Shown here piece after piece: positions 36,911 through 50,519 of a DNA stretch of 64,000 bases. Under the pieces are notes generated by a model. The model was given only the letters and a program-made list of their open reading frames with translations. It did not search any database and was not told where the DNA came from. The stretch is taken from assembly GCF_009834535.1 (NCBI RefSeq), contig NC_045696.1, positions 8,372,001 through 8,436,000 on the forward strand, in the 5' to 3' direction. Made by a program: the position numbers and the translations under genes. The first letter of the stretch is position 1; each line of letters begins with the position of its first letter. The stretch is from Camelus ferus. Lineage: Eukaryota.

Positions 36911-38774
36911 GACCCATTATTCACAGCATCTGACTGTTAGAACCATGTATCATATAAAAATCGATACTTATATTTTAGCCATTCTTCCCATTTATGAAAC
37001 ACCTGTCATGAATTAATGGGCTGGCAGTAGAGTTCATAAAAATAACTATGCATTCTGATTAATTGACTCATGTTACCTAATTAATTTACCCATGAAGGGT
37101 TCAGCCAGAATCTGGGAGTGAAGCAAATACACTGTGGCATGGGTCAACATTACAACCACATCCCTTAAGAAGTTGATAGGAAGGGGTTTTAAAAAACAAC
37201 CAAGGTTACTAGGCATTACTTCATCTTTCACAACATATTGGGCATTTTTTTTTTAAACCAAAGGAAACTGTATTTCATCCTAGTAAGTAAGAATCATGCT
37301 AATAATGGAAAACAAAATTATTCCAACATTTTAGCTAAAATTATAGTGTCAGCTGTAAGTAAACAGCAGTTTGAGGTGCCCAAGTGGGTCTATGTTTTCT
37401 TGGTCCTTCTTCTGTCCATTGAAGCGCTGACTTGAAGGAAACCTTGAGAATCTGGAGTCGAGTCCCATAGGCCGGCAGGGAAGAGTGTAGGGGGTGAGAT
37501 GGGGTGTGGGATGGAGGAGGCAACACATCAATGACGCATCCTGGGAAGCAATTCGGTTTGAGCACGGCACACATAGACTGCAAAGCTGTGAATGTGTGTT
37601 GACTCGTCCTCTAGGCCAGGCACGGGGTTTTGTGTTTTACATAACCTACGCCATTCAATTCACTCCACAGCCCTATGAAATGAGTACGAATTTCTTAATT
37701 TTACAGACCCAGGGGCTTTAACTGATTCAGGGTAGTTCAGGAAATAGCTGAGGAGTTAACAAACGTGCACCTGATGGATTCCGTCGTTAAGGTTCAGAGG
37801 GGATGGCAGTTAGCCTGCCGGAATTCAAACGGGAAGAGACACCCCTTGCAATCCGTCTGTCCTCGTGTCCCCCAGGAGACTGTCCCTTGATTCTCTCATG
37901 CTTCCTGGGTTCCCGCCCCTTGCCCAGAGGGCACAGGCAGCGGTGTTGGGCGGGACAGCTGCCTCCTCTGTGCAGTGAGGCTTGTCAGGTGAAACATCTC
38001 TGTTCAGCTCACAGTGGGAGAACGGAGTGTGGTGTCTGACCTCAAAACGCCCCGTTCCCACTAACCCTGCTGGCTCAGGACAGGTGTGGCTTTCACAGCA
38101 TCAGAGGCTGATGTTAGGATAGTCAGGGCTTTAGAATGGGAAGCGCCCATCACATCAGTTCCTCTTATTTCACAGATGAGGGCAGTGGGTCCCTGGGAGG
38201 TTAACTGGCTTGTCCAAAGTCACGGCTGCCCGGGTATGGAGAGTGAGTTTCCTGACGTGCCCAGGGCTCTCGCCCCGACGTGACCGAGGCTCCACTCGAG
38301 GCAGGCTCACTGCCCTGCCTGTTGCCCTTCCCGCCTCCCCACTTCCCTGTCCTGCGGACAGCAGGTTCTGCATTTACTGTAGGTGCCTGATTCAGTTCTG
38401 CTCTTCCAGTCCCCAGGTCTGTGCGTTTGCTTTGAAGCTGGGTTCTCGTTCCCTACCCTCTCAGGATGAGGCTCTCACAGTCAGCCTCTTTCCCATTCAT
38501 TTCTCCGTCTCCCCAGGTCTTCTGGGCTCCTGCACAGCATACCTTCCACGCCAGTCTTCCGGTACTCTTCAAACACAGCTCATCAATTTTCTCCTTTGCT
38601 GAAGCTGTTTTCACAGCCCAAACACCCTCCTCTCTCCCACACCCCTCTCTGTGTTTTGAACATTAATAAGAATCATACTACGTTTAAGATACCCTCTCCA
38701 ACTGCTTTAGCACATGGGGAATCCTTATGCCTGTAGTCACAGGGTCTGTCCTTTGAAACTTAACATACTGTGGC

Positions 38775-39070
38775 TAGGTCAGTGTTTTCTAGAATATTCC
38801 CTAGAACATGTGTCTCCTGAACTACACCGTTCCTGTATTCCACTCCCCCTGTGTGATGAGTCTGTGGTCAAGTCAATGTATAAAATGCTAAGTGTTTTAT
38901 CTGCCTCATGGAGACCCATTCTGCATATGAGTACACTAAAGGCTCTGAGAAGTCCTGCATTTTAGAAACTGGCTTAGCTTTTTCAATGCTGTACTTTCCA
39001 AGTTTATGTCCTTGGAATCTTTCAGTTGTGTGACTCTGTTAGCATCCAAATGACTGCTTTTGGGGGACTG
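38775..39070. mobile_element. Degenerate hAT-Charlie-like MITE
   Basis: AAAGGCTCTGAGAAGTCCTGCA motif with CAGTG..CTG ends; family not assigned. Confidence 0.45.
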
Positions 39071-40167
39071 CTCAGGATGTCTATGACACACAATGAGACA
39101 TTCACAAGACTTACCTTCCCCATCACACTGTAAGTTTCTGTGCTTCTTTTCTCTCCCAAATGGCCACTGGAATGTTAATTTCTTTCTTTCTTTCTTTTAA
39201 AAAATTTTATGTGGTGGCAGGGGCTCAGAAATGTTTGCTTATTTGCCTATGTGGGGTCCTGGTGCAGAAAAGAACTTTTTTTCATGTTGGGACATGACAA
39301 AGAGAAAGAGTGGTCAGCAGGAAAGGTAGAAATTGTCCAGAGATGAGAACAACTTAGACTATAAAGCTGTCGTGAACTGTAAGTGAGGCTGGGTCTAGAA
39401 AGGCCAAATCTGCTGTCAGAGAATCTCAGTGGAAAAGTTGGAATTTGAGAAACCCTCATCCAAAGAAAGGCAAATAGCTCTGATGTAAGTAAACCTCTCC
39501 AAGCCCTGGAGAGTGAAAAACAAATTTAAAGATGAAGAGAGAGAGAAAAATGGAACAGAATGGATGGTTATAAAACACTCATTTTATTTCAGTTTCAAAA
39601 CTTTCCTGGGACGTGCTCCCAGATCCTCACCCTGCCACCAGGAGCTAAGGCTCCAGTTATTAAGGCTGTGTTGTTGCCAAAACGTCCTTCTTTTACACTT
39701 TTTTTGCCTCATGTTTCAGTAATGACCTTGAATACCCCTAGATCTTTATCTGTTCAGTTCAAGTTGGGTCAACAGTTATTTTTTTGAGCACCTTCTATGT
39801 GTCAGGCTGTGCTGGGGCTACAAAAATAAAGAAGACAGTCTTTTTGCTTGTATATGTTCTAGCCAGGGAGAGGGGAGACAGAGTATTAGACACAATGACA
39901 GGTCATTTCAATATGGTGCCCAGAGGGAGGAAACACACAGGGGTACCTGGTTGAACCTGAGTGACTATTTCCACAGGGTCGACCAGTAGTCCAGTGTTGA
40001 GTGCCCATGAGACTTTCAAGCTGAAAATGTTCTAATTTCTTTGAAAGTTAGAGGGGAAAAAAAAAAGAATATGATCCAGCCTAGATTTTATACCAACACA
40101 GTTGTCAAGTGATTTTGAATATTTTTTATGGAGGAGGGACCCACGCAGGCAAAAGTGCCCAGGGCAC

Positions 40168-40628
40168 AGTATGAGTTTCCTAGGGCTTCTGGGGCAAAGT
40201 ACGACAGACTGAGGGACTTAAACAGTAAACATTTACTGTCTCACAGTTGTGGAGGCCAGAAGTTCGAGATCAAGGTGTTGGCAGGGTCAGTTCCTTCTGT
40301 GGGCTATTCCAGGCATCTCTTCCAGCTTCTGGTGGCCTCAGGTGCTCTTTGGCTTGTAGACAGCCAGCTTCTCCTTGTGTCTTCACATCTTCTTTTTTCT
40401 TTGTGTGTCTCTTTCTCTTCATGTGAATCCTTTTTTATAAGGACACCAATCATGTTTGATGAGGAGCTCACCATAGGCCAGTAGGACCTTTTTCAATGAA
40501 CTAATTACATCTACAACCACCTTATTTTCAAACAAGGTCACCTTCTGAGGCCCTGGGGGTTAGGGTTTCAGCAAGTGAATTTGGTGTGTCTGTGATGGGG
40601 GAGTGAGGCACACAGTTCAACCCACAAT
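40168..40628. mobile_element. MLT1 (B/C-like) LTR
   Basis: TCTCACAGTTGTGGAGGCCAGAAGTTCGAGATCAAGGTGTTGGCAGGG..CACAGTTCAACCCACAA. Confidence 0.85.
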
Positions 40629-43600
40629 AGTGTGCTTGAGGTGAGCAGGACAAGGGAGTCACGTGGTGTACTGTGGTGAGAGGCCCAGGGGCACCACCCT
40701 CCCAAAGAAATGAAACAAATTCTTGCATTCTTCATGAGACCACTGTGGAAAATTACATTGCAGATTTGATTGAAACATTTCATTTGTTGACCTAACTTCT
40801 AATTTAATATGGCCAGATTTAATAACCTAAAAAACAAATCTTGATCCTTGGAAGAGCTGACCATGAAAACTTTAGGAAGTGAAGCCTTCTGGTTGAAGTC
40901 AACTTTGGCAGACAATCTCTTCACGTGTGCCACCCCCAGTGGGCCTGGCCTCCCTGGGTCCCAGGATGCCCAGGGCAGAACTCTCCAGGTTTCACTGCTG
41001 GGAGCTCTTTTCTCCCCATTTCTTAGGGACAGGCTCTGAGCCAGGGAACAAATGCCAGGAAGTGATGATAAGGATTTTGAGTAGCCCTGCTCCTCTGGTT
41101 TCCACCCTCATGTCCTCAAGGCCAGGGTCTAAAAGGGGCCGGGGCACACTTCTCACAGGGTCTGTGTGGTATTTTAGGAAAGGGGCAGGCAGTCACCCAG
41201 ACACAAACCTGGCACAAGCCCCCCGGAGCCTGTTTTGAATTTGCATCTCTAACTCTGCCTTTGGCCCGGAGAGTCCGGGAGTCATTGTCTCCCTCTGCCC
41301 TCGCTGTGCAGGCTGGCTTAACTGTTGATGGTGTGAGGCAAGCCAGTGCTACTTCTCACTCCCGCCCCGCCAACTCTGCAAATATTTCTGGGTGTCTGGT
41401 CCTAATTAGGGTTGGCTGGGTTAATGGTTTGTAGCCACCTCACCTGTGGTTGACCAGATGCTCCCTTCTTCACTTTTGAAGAAAAGGCCACAGGGAACAG
41501 TTCAGGCTGTTGCCAGAGCCCGTCCTCTGGGCTCACAGGCCACGCAGCTCGACTGCCACCGCCACCACCTTCCCGTCGGGGAGCCCAGCTCACCGTGGCC
41601 TGTCCTTGCCTTGGGTTTTGCCAAACTCCCTGGACGGCAGCCATCTTGGGTTTTCTCCCGGAGCCCATGGACCGTCTGGGTTCTCTTACAGGTTGTAAGA
41701 GAAACAAACTGAAAATGTGCTAAGTCCTTCATCACCTCCTTCTTTTTCCAACCTCTCACTTGAAGTTCTATGTGTATTCCCAGACTTGCACTTCTTAGTA
41801 TTTTTCATAAAAATAGCTCTGTGTGGCAGCTCAGGGTAAACATCTTAGCTTTAAAGCCTTTACAATTAGATCTCTTATTGCAGCTGGAATGGAACAGCTA
41901 TAATTAAGAAAAATACACAGAATAAATGTGTGTCCTTTGTTTCTGGAGCATCTGAGCTGTTTGCTGTTAACAGGAGGAAATATTTAGAAAAATCCAGGGC
42001 ATTTCCAAACATCTGACTGCTCAGCTGGGTAAAAATACAATCCAAGCGCTTCCTTTCGAATTTGCATCACTTTGTGATTAGTCAGGGCTTTTGAAGTCTG
42101 AGTTTCCTTTTCCGAAATGTTTTCTATTACAGCTGTGTCTTTTTTTATTTGGTGACCCAATTATATGACTCTTCTGCATGGAAAAATTCACGTTATTAGT
42201 TTAAAAATATATGATTGAGTCTCAATAACAGGTTTTGTAAGGTTGTGTCTCATAAACTTTTGTAAAGTTTACTTTTGCTGTTTTGTTCTAGGATGTAGGA
42301 AAAGGGGATTCTGGGGAGGGTTTAAGGTTCTCTGAGGCACACCAGAGGTAGAAACTAGAAAGTGTGGTGAAGATTCCTTTTGAATGTACTCTTTTAATCT
42401 ATTCATTATTGGAAGGGACTGGATTGAAAAATTCCTGATTATTTGACCCAGAGCATGTCCGGCTGTGGGACTTCTTCATTTCAGATGATTTAGAGTTCTT
42501 CTCATTTCCCTTCACCTGAAGGTACAACTCTGAGTCCACGATCTTATTTTTGCTCCTTGTACCTTTTAACAGTGAACTCTTTAAAAGATTGTTGAGTTTA
42601 TTTCATTACTGAGACACGTTCCAAGAGTTCTGGAAAAACATGGCCTCGGAGAGAATATAATCTGGAGATTAACATTCTTTAGAATTTGCCTCTCAGGAGA
42701 TACTTCTGCACACAGGTTCTTTAAAACTACATTATTTATAGCTCCAATATTTTCTTTACAATTCGTTCCAACTAGTTCATCATCAGTGAAGCAAGGATTA
42801 TGCTCCTCTTTTTAAGGCCAAGCCGTTTGCTTCCAAGTGAGAATTTAAAGAAAATTCAGTGTTTGATTTTTCCCCCCTTATCTTTTCTGGGAGTAGATAT
42901 ATTGTGTGAGTGGTCCACACACCTGCCAAAGTCAACTTTTAAAATAGACATAACGTAAGCGCAGCACACAGCTCAGCCTTGTTCCCCGGGTGGAGCTCTG
43001 TCTCGGAGGGTTCGGTTCTATAGGGTCAGTTTGCCAGCCATGAAGCCTGCAGAGATACATTTGTCAAGAAGGAAAAATGACTGCCTTTTGTTTTGAGCCA
43101 CCTCATCCATCAACAGCATCATTTGGTGCAACTTGATACAGAAACATCAGAACCTTCCCCACTGCCAATGACTTTCAAAAATGGCGCTTGCCTTGTTTGT
43201 GGTGGGGACGCTCTGTGTGATGTCTGAGGTTTCGATGGTGCTGCTGGTCTCTTATGGCCCCTGGAAACAAGACAGGGGCTCAGTTAACACAGGGATTCTT
43301 CCCAGGGCCTTTGCTTTCATTGTCAGGGCTTTTAAGGCACTGGGAAGTGAAGAGGCAGCTGGGACCAGTGCACACCCTCTGAGATGGTGCTACTGGGGAC
43401 TTCTAGGCTGTGGATTGATATCAGAAGCCAAAACGAATGAGCTATAGGGCAGACATAGTATTGAGGATAAGCTTCTGAAATTTTGATTCACTGCCTGTAT
43501 TTCAAGAAATGAAAAGAGAAAAAAAAATTCAACCTTCAAATTAAGGGTGGTTGAATGAGCCACAATATGGGTCTGCAGGCAATTAAAAAAAGAAGAAGGA

Positions 43601-43654
43601 AATATTTCAGCCTTCAGTGGTCCTTGAGTATTAACAGAACAGTGTTAGAGCTTG

Positions 43655-44132
43655 CAATGGGTATAATTGTGTGTCCTCCAAAGAAATGTTTAAGTCCTAT
43701 CCTATGAATGTGACCTTATTTGGAAATGGTCTTTGCAGATGTCAAGTTAAGGATCGCAGGGTGAGGCTATCCTGGATTTAGGGTGAGCCCTAAATTCACT
43801 GGCTGTTGTTCTTATAAGAGAAAGGAGTAGAGGTTTTGAGGCACAGAGACATACAGAGGGAAGAAGGCCACGTGAGGATGGAGGCAGAAATTGAAGTGAT
43901 GCAGCTGCAAGCCAAGGGACACCAAGGGTTGCTGGCAACCACCAGATTTTAGGAGAGCGGCATGGAAAAAATTCTCCTGCAGAGCCTCCAGAAAGCACCA
44001 AATCTGCTGACTTTTTGATTTTCAACTTCTGGCCTCTGGAATTGGGAGCGAAGTGATTTCTGTTTTAAATCACCCAGTTTGGGGTAATTTGTTGCAGCAG
44101 CAGCAGCAGCAGCAGCCCTAGGAGACATACAC
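43655..44132. mobile_element. MLT1 (C-like) LTR, opposite orientation to the 12915 and 40168 copies
   Basis: GAATGTGACCTTATTTGGAAATGGTCTTTGCAGATG..GCCAAGGGACACCAAGGGTTGCTGGC..GTAATTTGTTGCAGCAG. A (CAG)n run at ~44095-44116 sits in its terminus. Confidence 0.88.
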
Positions 44133-44699
44133 GGAGCTGTATGGAATCTGAGACAGCTGACTCAGAGGGCCTCGTTTTATTTTGAAGAGGCCCGGCAGAT
44201 TGCCCCGGTTTACATGGGAGGCGTGCAGCTGAGCTTAGACTAGAATGCTTGACCTGCAGACCCTGAGCTCAGGGTTTCCCCCACCCACTCATGACCTTTT
44301 ATAGCACACCTGGTATGTGAAGAGCTTGGGGTCAGATGCTTGAGGGGGCATGGAGGTAAGTCCCATCAGCTGTGATATTCAGGAGTGTCAAAGAAGTCAC
44401 ATATTCAAAAGATGACGCTATGGGGTACTCTGGGGTGTCATTAGGAGTTAAAAGTCTAAATATGCTGGACAAGTATGTGTGATTGGGAGGAGCAGAAAAG
44501 GCTCATTTTGGAAGTGGACTTTGTGGTTAGGCTTTAAAAGATGGGCTTTCAGCATGCGGAGGTTGGGAGCAGAAGAGGGGTGAGAAGAGGTGGTTAGGAT
44601 GGTGCAATCTTACTTTCAACTTAGGGAGTGTTCTCAAGACTGGTGGAAGAGGAGGAGATTGCTGTAGACCAAAGGGGACAGAGTCTGGGCTCCGAGCAG

Positions 44700-45525
44700 A
44701 TGCAGGGCCACCCTGCCCAGCCATGGCGGGAGGGACGTTGCCACAGGAGTGAGCCTGGATGGCAGAGTACTGAGCCAAAGAGGATTATTCTTGAACCTTA
44801 AAGTTTAACATTTCCCCTCTAGGTTCTAGACCTACTTGGGACCTGACACTCCTTCCTTTTTTCCTATTTCTTTTCTTGTAATGGGGATGTCCACCCCATG
44901 CCTGTCCCACTCTTGTATGTTGGAAGCACACAGCTTGTCTGTTGTCACAGGTTCATAGCTGGAGGGGAATTTGCCTCAGTGAATCCTACCTCCAGTCTCA
45001 CTCATAGCTGATTTAGATGAGACTTTGGACTTTAGATATTTGAGTTGATGCTGGAAGGAATTAAGACCTTTGGGACTGTTGGGATGGAAGGAATGCATTT
45101 TGCCTGTGAGAAGAACATGAATTTGGGGAGCCAGGAGCAGAATGCAAAGGATGGAATGTTTTTATCCCCCACATCCCTGCCCCAAATTCATATGTTGACA
45201 TCCTAACTGCCAATGTGATGGCATCAGGAGATGGAGCCCTTGGGAGGTAATTAAGGTTAGACGAGGTCATGAAGGTGGAGCCCTCATGACTGGGATTATG
45301 TCCTTGTCAAAGAGATGCCAGAGAGCCCCCTCACCCTTCCCACCATGTGAGGACACAGGTAGAAGATGGTTGTCTGTGAACCAGGAAGTGGGTCCTCACC
45401 AGACACCGAATCTGCCTGCTGGTGCCTTGATCTTGGACTTTAGCTTCCAAAGCTGTGAGAAATAAAGCTCAGTTGTATATGAGCATCTCAGTGGGATCCT
45501 TTTATAGCCGCCGAAAAGGGCTAAG
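44700..45525 (+). mobile_element. MaLR internal 3' end, polypurine tract and 3' LTR (MLT1A/MST-like; LTR ~45142-45525)
   Basis: GATTTAGATGAGACTTTGGACTT..GAATTTGGGGAGCCAGGAGCAGAA|TG junction, then CCCAAATTCATATGTTGA..GCCTTGATCTTGGACTT..GTGAGAAATAAA. Confidence 0.85.
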
Positions 45526-45559
45526 AGGCTGCTAAAGGAACACAGAGTCAGGTGGGAAG

Positions 45560-46120
45560 GAGAGTGATCTTTGCTGGTCTCCTATGGCTTCCTACTTCTT
45601 TCCAAACGGAATCTGGGCTCCCATCAGGTGTCTGCACTCTTTTCAGCACAGTCACGTGCCTCCCTGGAGGCTGACCCCACATCTAAGTGTGAGAGGTGGC
45701 CCAACAAACGCCACCAGTAATGCCACTCCCCTCCCCTGTGATTGGCTAAGAGGTGGGCATGTGAGCTAATTCTGGCCAATGAAATGTAAGGGGGCTTCTG
45801 GGGTGGGGGCAGGGAAGGAGTGGATGCTTCCGCAAATGTCTCCTCTCACCTGAGAGAAGGACAGAAAGAAAAACTCCATTTTCCTCTGGGCTTTACAGTG
45901 GTGTCTAGAACGGTGGCAAACAACTAACTACCAGCCTGAAGATGAAGCCGAGGCCAGAGATGGCAAAGAAACAAAAGGGAAGAGACGGGGTCCTTGATGA
46001 CAGTGTGACGCCGCTGAGCCCACAGCCTACCTTTGCGTTTCCTGTTAAATGACTTGGATGCATTTTCTTTTTGTTTCCCTCAGTGGGAATCAGTGTCTCT
46101 GCCCCGTGTTGCTGAAAGCA
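45560..46120. mobile_element. ERVL-type LTR remnant (LTR33/LTR16-like)
   Basis: GTGATTGGCTAAGAGGTGGGCATGTGAGCTAATTCTGGCCAATGAAATGTAAG..GGGTCCTTGATGACA. Confidence 0.6.
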
Positions 46121-46124
46121 TGGC

Positions 46125-46650
46125 AGGCCTTCCTGGAGGAAGTGACATGTGAAAGATGAGTAGCGGTTAGTTGGGAGAAAAGGGCGGAGGACAGCTTTCA
46201 TGAAGGATTTAAAGGGAGAGCCTATCACCCCTGCGTTCGAGACACTGAAAAATGTAGGCCGCCTGGCACAGAGAAGGGGAGTGGCGGTACACGTGAAGAG
46301 AAGGGAAAGACGGAGGAGGAACAGAGAGAAACAGGAGCCAGAGTAGAACCAGCACCGCAATTTACAAGGATTCATATCGGGGAGACCGAAGAGAGGTGTT
46401 AATTGGGAGAATATAAAATTGGTTCCGTTGAGATGGAAGAGATTCCTGCATCAGGAGGTGGCAATGGTAATGAAAACCAGAGGTGGATGGAAAAGACACC
46501 AGGGAGGTAGAATCCGTGGTATTTGGCAGTAGATGAGCTCTGGGGGGAGATGGAGACAGCAAAGCCGATGCCAAGAAGCTCGTGTGAGTGACTCGGAAGA
46601 TGCGCTTATCATGAAAGGCCAGTTAGGATGGGAGGCTGGGTTGGGGTGGG
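46125..46650 (-). mobile_element. L2 fragments
   Basis: GGCCTTCCTGGAGGAAGTGACATGTGAAAGATGAGTAG and following purine-rich sequence. Confidence 0.55.
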
Positions 46651-47299
46651 CTGAGGTGGAGGAGGGGAGGACGGTTGCAGCCATCAGTTTGGGGTTTCCT
46701 GAGCGCGGAGCGCTTAGACGCACACCGGGCACGGATGTGGGAGGGGCATCTTGGCGGATGGTGATGGGCCCAAGTGCAGACACTGTCAGTGGCGATCCCA
46801 CCCTGCGGGAGGTCCTTGGGCTCAGAGCTCTCTGGAATATCCACAGGATTGAATGCGGGCACCGGTTCTGTTCTCTCTCAGCTCCCCGACTGGGGCTGGT
46901 GACAGATGAGCCTGGGGCTCCGACTCTGGCTTTCTCCACTCTGTCCGGTGCTTCTTGGTCCTGCCCCCTCCGCCTGCCCTTGTCCAGGGTCTGGGTGGGG
47001 CTCATGGACCCTCCTCTGTTCTCGTGGCAACGGTCCATGCGAGGGACCAGGCTTAGCTTGTGAGTTCCAGAGACCTAGAGTCTGGTGCATTAAAAGCCTT
47101 AGTTTTCAAGACAGTCGTCCCCGCTCTAAGATGTAGCGTTCTCTGGAAGCTGCCTGTTTTTTTGTCTCTACATTCTGCAGGACTTCTCCAAATGTCCAGT
47201 TTTAATAGGCAGGGAGCCAGAGTTAATATATCAAACTGTTACCTCAGCAAGGGTAGTAGCCACAGAAAGATGGAAAGAGATAGAAATGTGTCCTGCGAG

Positions 47300-47446
47300 G
47301 GTGCGATATAAGGAACAAAGTGGGTCAGCCAGAGCCTGCAATGCGGAAATCCCCCAGCCCGCGTGAAACCCGCAGTGATGGAGGCGCAGCCCCTCGTGGT
47401 CTCCCATCTGACCACCCAAGGCTTTACGTTCGGTTCGAAGGTAAGA
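47300..47446 (+). promoter_or_regulatory. Candidate promoter/first exon with kB site and 5' splice donor
   Basis: GATATAAG (~47305), GGAAATCCCC (47345-47354, reverse complement GGGGATTTCC), GTGATGG Kozak context at 47378, AAG|GTAAGA at 47440/47441, and locally frequent CpGs. Confidence 0.35.
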
Positions 47447-48504
47447 AAAGGGCAGCTCCCTGAGCTTCATGGTTGCTTTTCTTGCCTCAAGCTGTATAGG
47501 ATGTACAAGTTGGGGTACAGGTGGTTTGGGGCCAACATCCCAAGTGGATTGCTGACTCCTGCTCCCTGGTTCTGGGAAGCTGCGGAGGAAATCCTTTGGC
47601 ACCGAGCAAGCAAACAAATACACACCCAAACAAAACAACACGAAAAGCCCCACACCGAAAACTTTCCACTTGCAAACATGTTTTTGTCACTGCCAAAAGT
47701 TTAGGATTGCAACATGCGGGCGTCTTTGGCCCCAAACCCGAGGACTCTGCAGTTTTCCCAAAGCACCTAAAATAAAGAATTCCTTTTGGCAAAAACAGTA
47801 TGTTTGTAAACAGAAAGGCTTTCTTTTTGAGAAACTCAATTCCCCCTTTAGATGTAGACTATTCGGGATAAAGCCCCCGTGGCTATTTTCCGTCTGCCTT
47901 TCCTGCTCCAGATTGTCACTGGCAGGTAGAAAAGCATCTCCAGTTTGTGTGTGTGTGTGGTTTTCATTAACTGGGTGTGTGTTTGGAATTTGTGCTTGTC
48001 GGCCAATCGCTGATTGCCTTCTGATGCTTCTTGGGAGCAAGCTCTGCAGATGAGGTGCTGGATTCTTCCAGACTCAGGGTTTCTTGTGACCCAGGATCAT
48101 GAAGCTGGGAACGCCCCAGACAAGAACCTCCTGGATTCTAGTCAGGAAACCCACCCCACCCGTCTAAACATAGAACCTGTTACAAAGCACAGATCTGAAG
48201 CGGAAGTAGCCTGTTTTCTAGCTTCTTTTTAGAACAACTTCACCGCTAAGGCTGAGCTCTTTTTCCCTTCCCAGGAGCCGAGGTGGCCTTTTTTTTTTTT
48301 TTTTTCCTCCTCTTTCTCACGGTTAAATCCTATTCACATAGAAGGCTCTAATAACCTTCTCACTTTAGAGGGTGGCTCGAGGTCTCTAACTAAATCTTAT
48401 GAACAGTTCTCACCAAATACGCAAAGCTGAAAGTACCCTGGTAGAAAATCCTAAGGCAAAAGAGAATTTGTTATTGGTGGCATTTCTGGAATTGGCTACA
48501 GAAG

Positions 48505-48812
48505 GTAAAATTCAAATAACATAAAATTAACCATTTTAAAGTGAAAAAAAAAAATCAGTGGCATCTAGGGCATTCGCAGTGTCGTGCAACCTAACACTTC
48601 TATTTAGTTCCAGAACATTTTCATCGCTCCAGAGTAAAGCTCTTTACCCATTCAGCAGTTTCTCCTCATTCCTCCCCCTCCCCAGCCCCTGGAGACCACG
48701 AATTTGCTTTCTATCTCTGTGGATTCACCCCTACTCATATGGGATCATACAACATGTGCCCTTGGCATTTGGCTTCTTTCGATTAGCATCCTGTTTTCAA
48801 GGTTCATCCACA
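48505..48812 (-). mobile_element. L1 (L1MB-like) 3' end
   Basis: AAATTCAAATAACATAAAATTAACCATTTTAAAGTG..TTCCAGAACATTTTCATC..TTTTCAAGGTTCATCCA. Confidence 0.8.
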
Positions 48813-49731
48813 TTAGGAGAACATTTGCCCCTGCAGTGAATCCTGCTAAAGGGCCATTATGTCTCCTATTTAAAGTTGAGCATGAGCATTAAAGAGCTTG
48901 TGGGAGGAACCCTGATGCTTGCGGGGCCCTGGAAAGAAAGCTTGTCAGAGGCTGCGGAAGCGGAAGCCAGACTCCACCCACGGGACCATACCTCTGTCTT
49001 CTGACTGTTGTACCCTGGCTCTGGACCTGGGTGGTGACTCTTGGGTCCTGACATCCTCTCCTGCTCATGGCCCTTGCTACTTTTTTCGGGGCCTGCTTCT
49101 CACATAGGGAACTGGCTCCTCTTGTGTGAAGTCCGTACTGTCCTGCCTTGCCTCTGTGTATCTGGGTTCCACAGATTGAGAAGAAAAAGGATCCCATGGA
49201 AATCAGGGAGAAGACAAGTCATGGGTTTCTAAACTCCCAGCACTTTTCATCCTGCTGGGTAGCCATAGGCCTCGTGGGACAGAGGTGGGAGCAGATGATA
49301 TCTTAATACCTGGAGAGGAAAAGGATGCTGAACTAGGATAAGTCCTGGAAAAAGTGATTTGTCATGAAAAGTTTTTAGTTTATGCATGTAGTAAATTCAT
49401 TATAAGAATGTAAATCCAAAAATGATTCCCCATATGGCTTTTTCCCTTTTGTGTTTTATTACTGGTGCCTTTTCATTAAAAAAACCCCCACAAAACCCAG
49501 TCTGACCTCATTGCTGTGGCTCTTACGGACTTCACCCGTTTTGATTGCTTTCCCTCATTTTTATATCCTTATTATATTTTAAAACTTTTTTGGAAGTCAG
49601 AGTATTCATCCTTCTGGAATTGGAATTCATTCATTCTGGAACTGGAAACTTGCATCTACTAAATTTTAATAACAGTTTTTCTGTTCTTGGCCAGTCTTAA
49701 CTCAAAGCATTACTCATCCAGCAGTCTTACC

Positions 49732-49750
49732 TAGCCACTAGATGGCGCTC
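49732..49750 (+). promoter_or_regulatory. CTCF motif, forward
   Basis: TAGCCACTAGATGGCGCTC closely matches the CTCF core. GCAGT just upstream resembles the U motif. Confidence 0.75.
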
Positions 49751-49904
49751 ACATGCTATTGTAAAGGGACATTAAAGTTAAACTATTTGGAAAAACAATT
49801 TGTCTTCATTTCAGGTAAATACAGATTAGGCCCTACAAATGGTACAGCTTGTGGATTACAGATTTTTCTTCCCCTCTTCACTTTTCTTGATTGCCTTTTC
49901 CACT

Positions 49905-50105
49905 AGGCATCATGATTAAGCTCGGGGACTCTAGAGTCAGATTAAGCTCAAGTACTGCCTCCATCATCCACTTGCCTTATGACCTTGAGAAAGTCACGTC
50001 TCTTCAGTGTCCTCACCTACCAAATGTGTTAATAATAACACATACTCATAGAGTGGTCAGTGAGAATGAAAAAGTTAATATACAGTAAAGCACATAGTCT
50101 TACAT
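49905..50105 (+). mobile_element. MIR SINE
   Basis: GGACTCTAGAGTCAGA..TGACCTTGAGAAAGTCAC..CAGTGTCCTCACCT..ATAATAACAC. Confidence 0.75.
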
Positions 50106-50294
50106 GTGCTTGCTTTAAAAAAAAAACTGATTTCTTCCTTACGAGATATAATTGACATAACACTGTGTAAGTTTAAGGTGCACAGCATGATGACTTGATA
50201 CACTTATATGCTGTGAAGTGATTTACACACTAGAGTTAGTTGTGTGTTTGCATTAATTATCAATATTTTTGTTCTTCATTGTGGTATTTCTAAT

Positions 50295-50495
50295 CACTTG
50301 GATAAATGTTCCCCAAATACCAGTTCAAGGACTAGCAATATCAGAATCATCTAAGGACCTTACATAAAATATAGATTTATAAGCTTCATATCTGGGGCAT
50401 TTATTTCAGTAATTTTGGGGTGGGGCAAAGGGATGTATATTCTTTAAAAGCTTTACAGGTGGTTCTGATGTTCAGCTAGATTTGGGGATCAGTGA
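50295..50495. mobile_element. MER5-like hAT MITE
   Basis: ATCAGAATCATCT..GGGGTGGGGC..AGGTGGTTCTGATG..TTTGGGGATCAGTG. Confidence 0.65.
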
Positions 50496-50519
50496 CGTAA
50501 ACCACCCAGGGATGTTGCT

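Noticed and set aside
44095..44116. (CAG)n as a polyglutamine tract
   Set aside because: About 7 units within an MLT1 LTR terminus, and not in an ORF.
46451..47063. Overlapping 195-aa (minus) and 176-aa (plus) ORFs
   Set aside because: GC-rich and partly L2-derived, with no recognisable domain. Long ORFs on both strands fit stop-codon scarcity.
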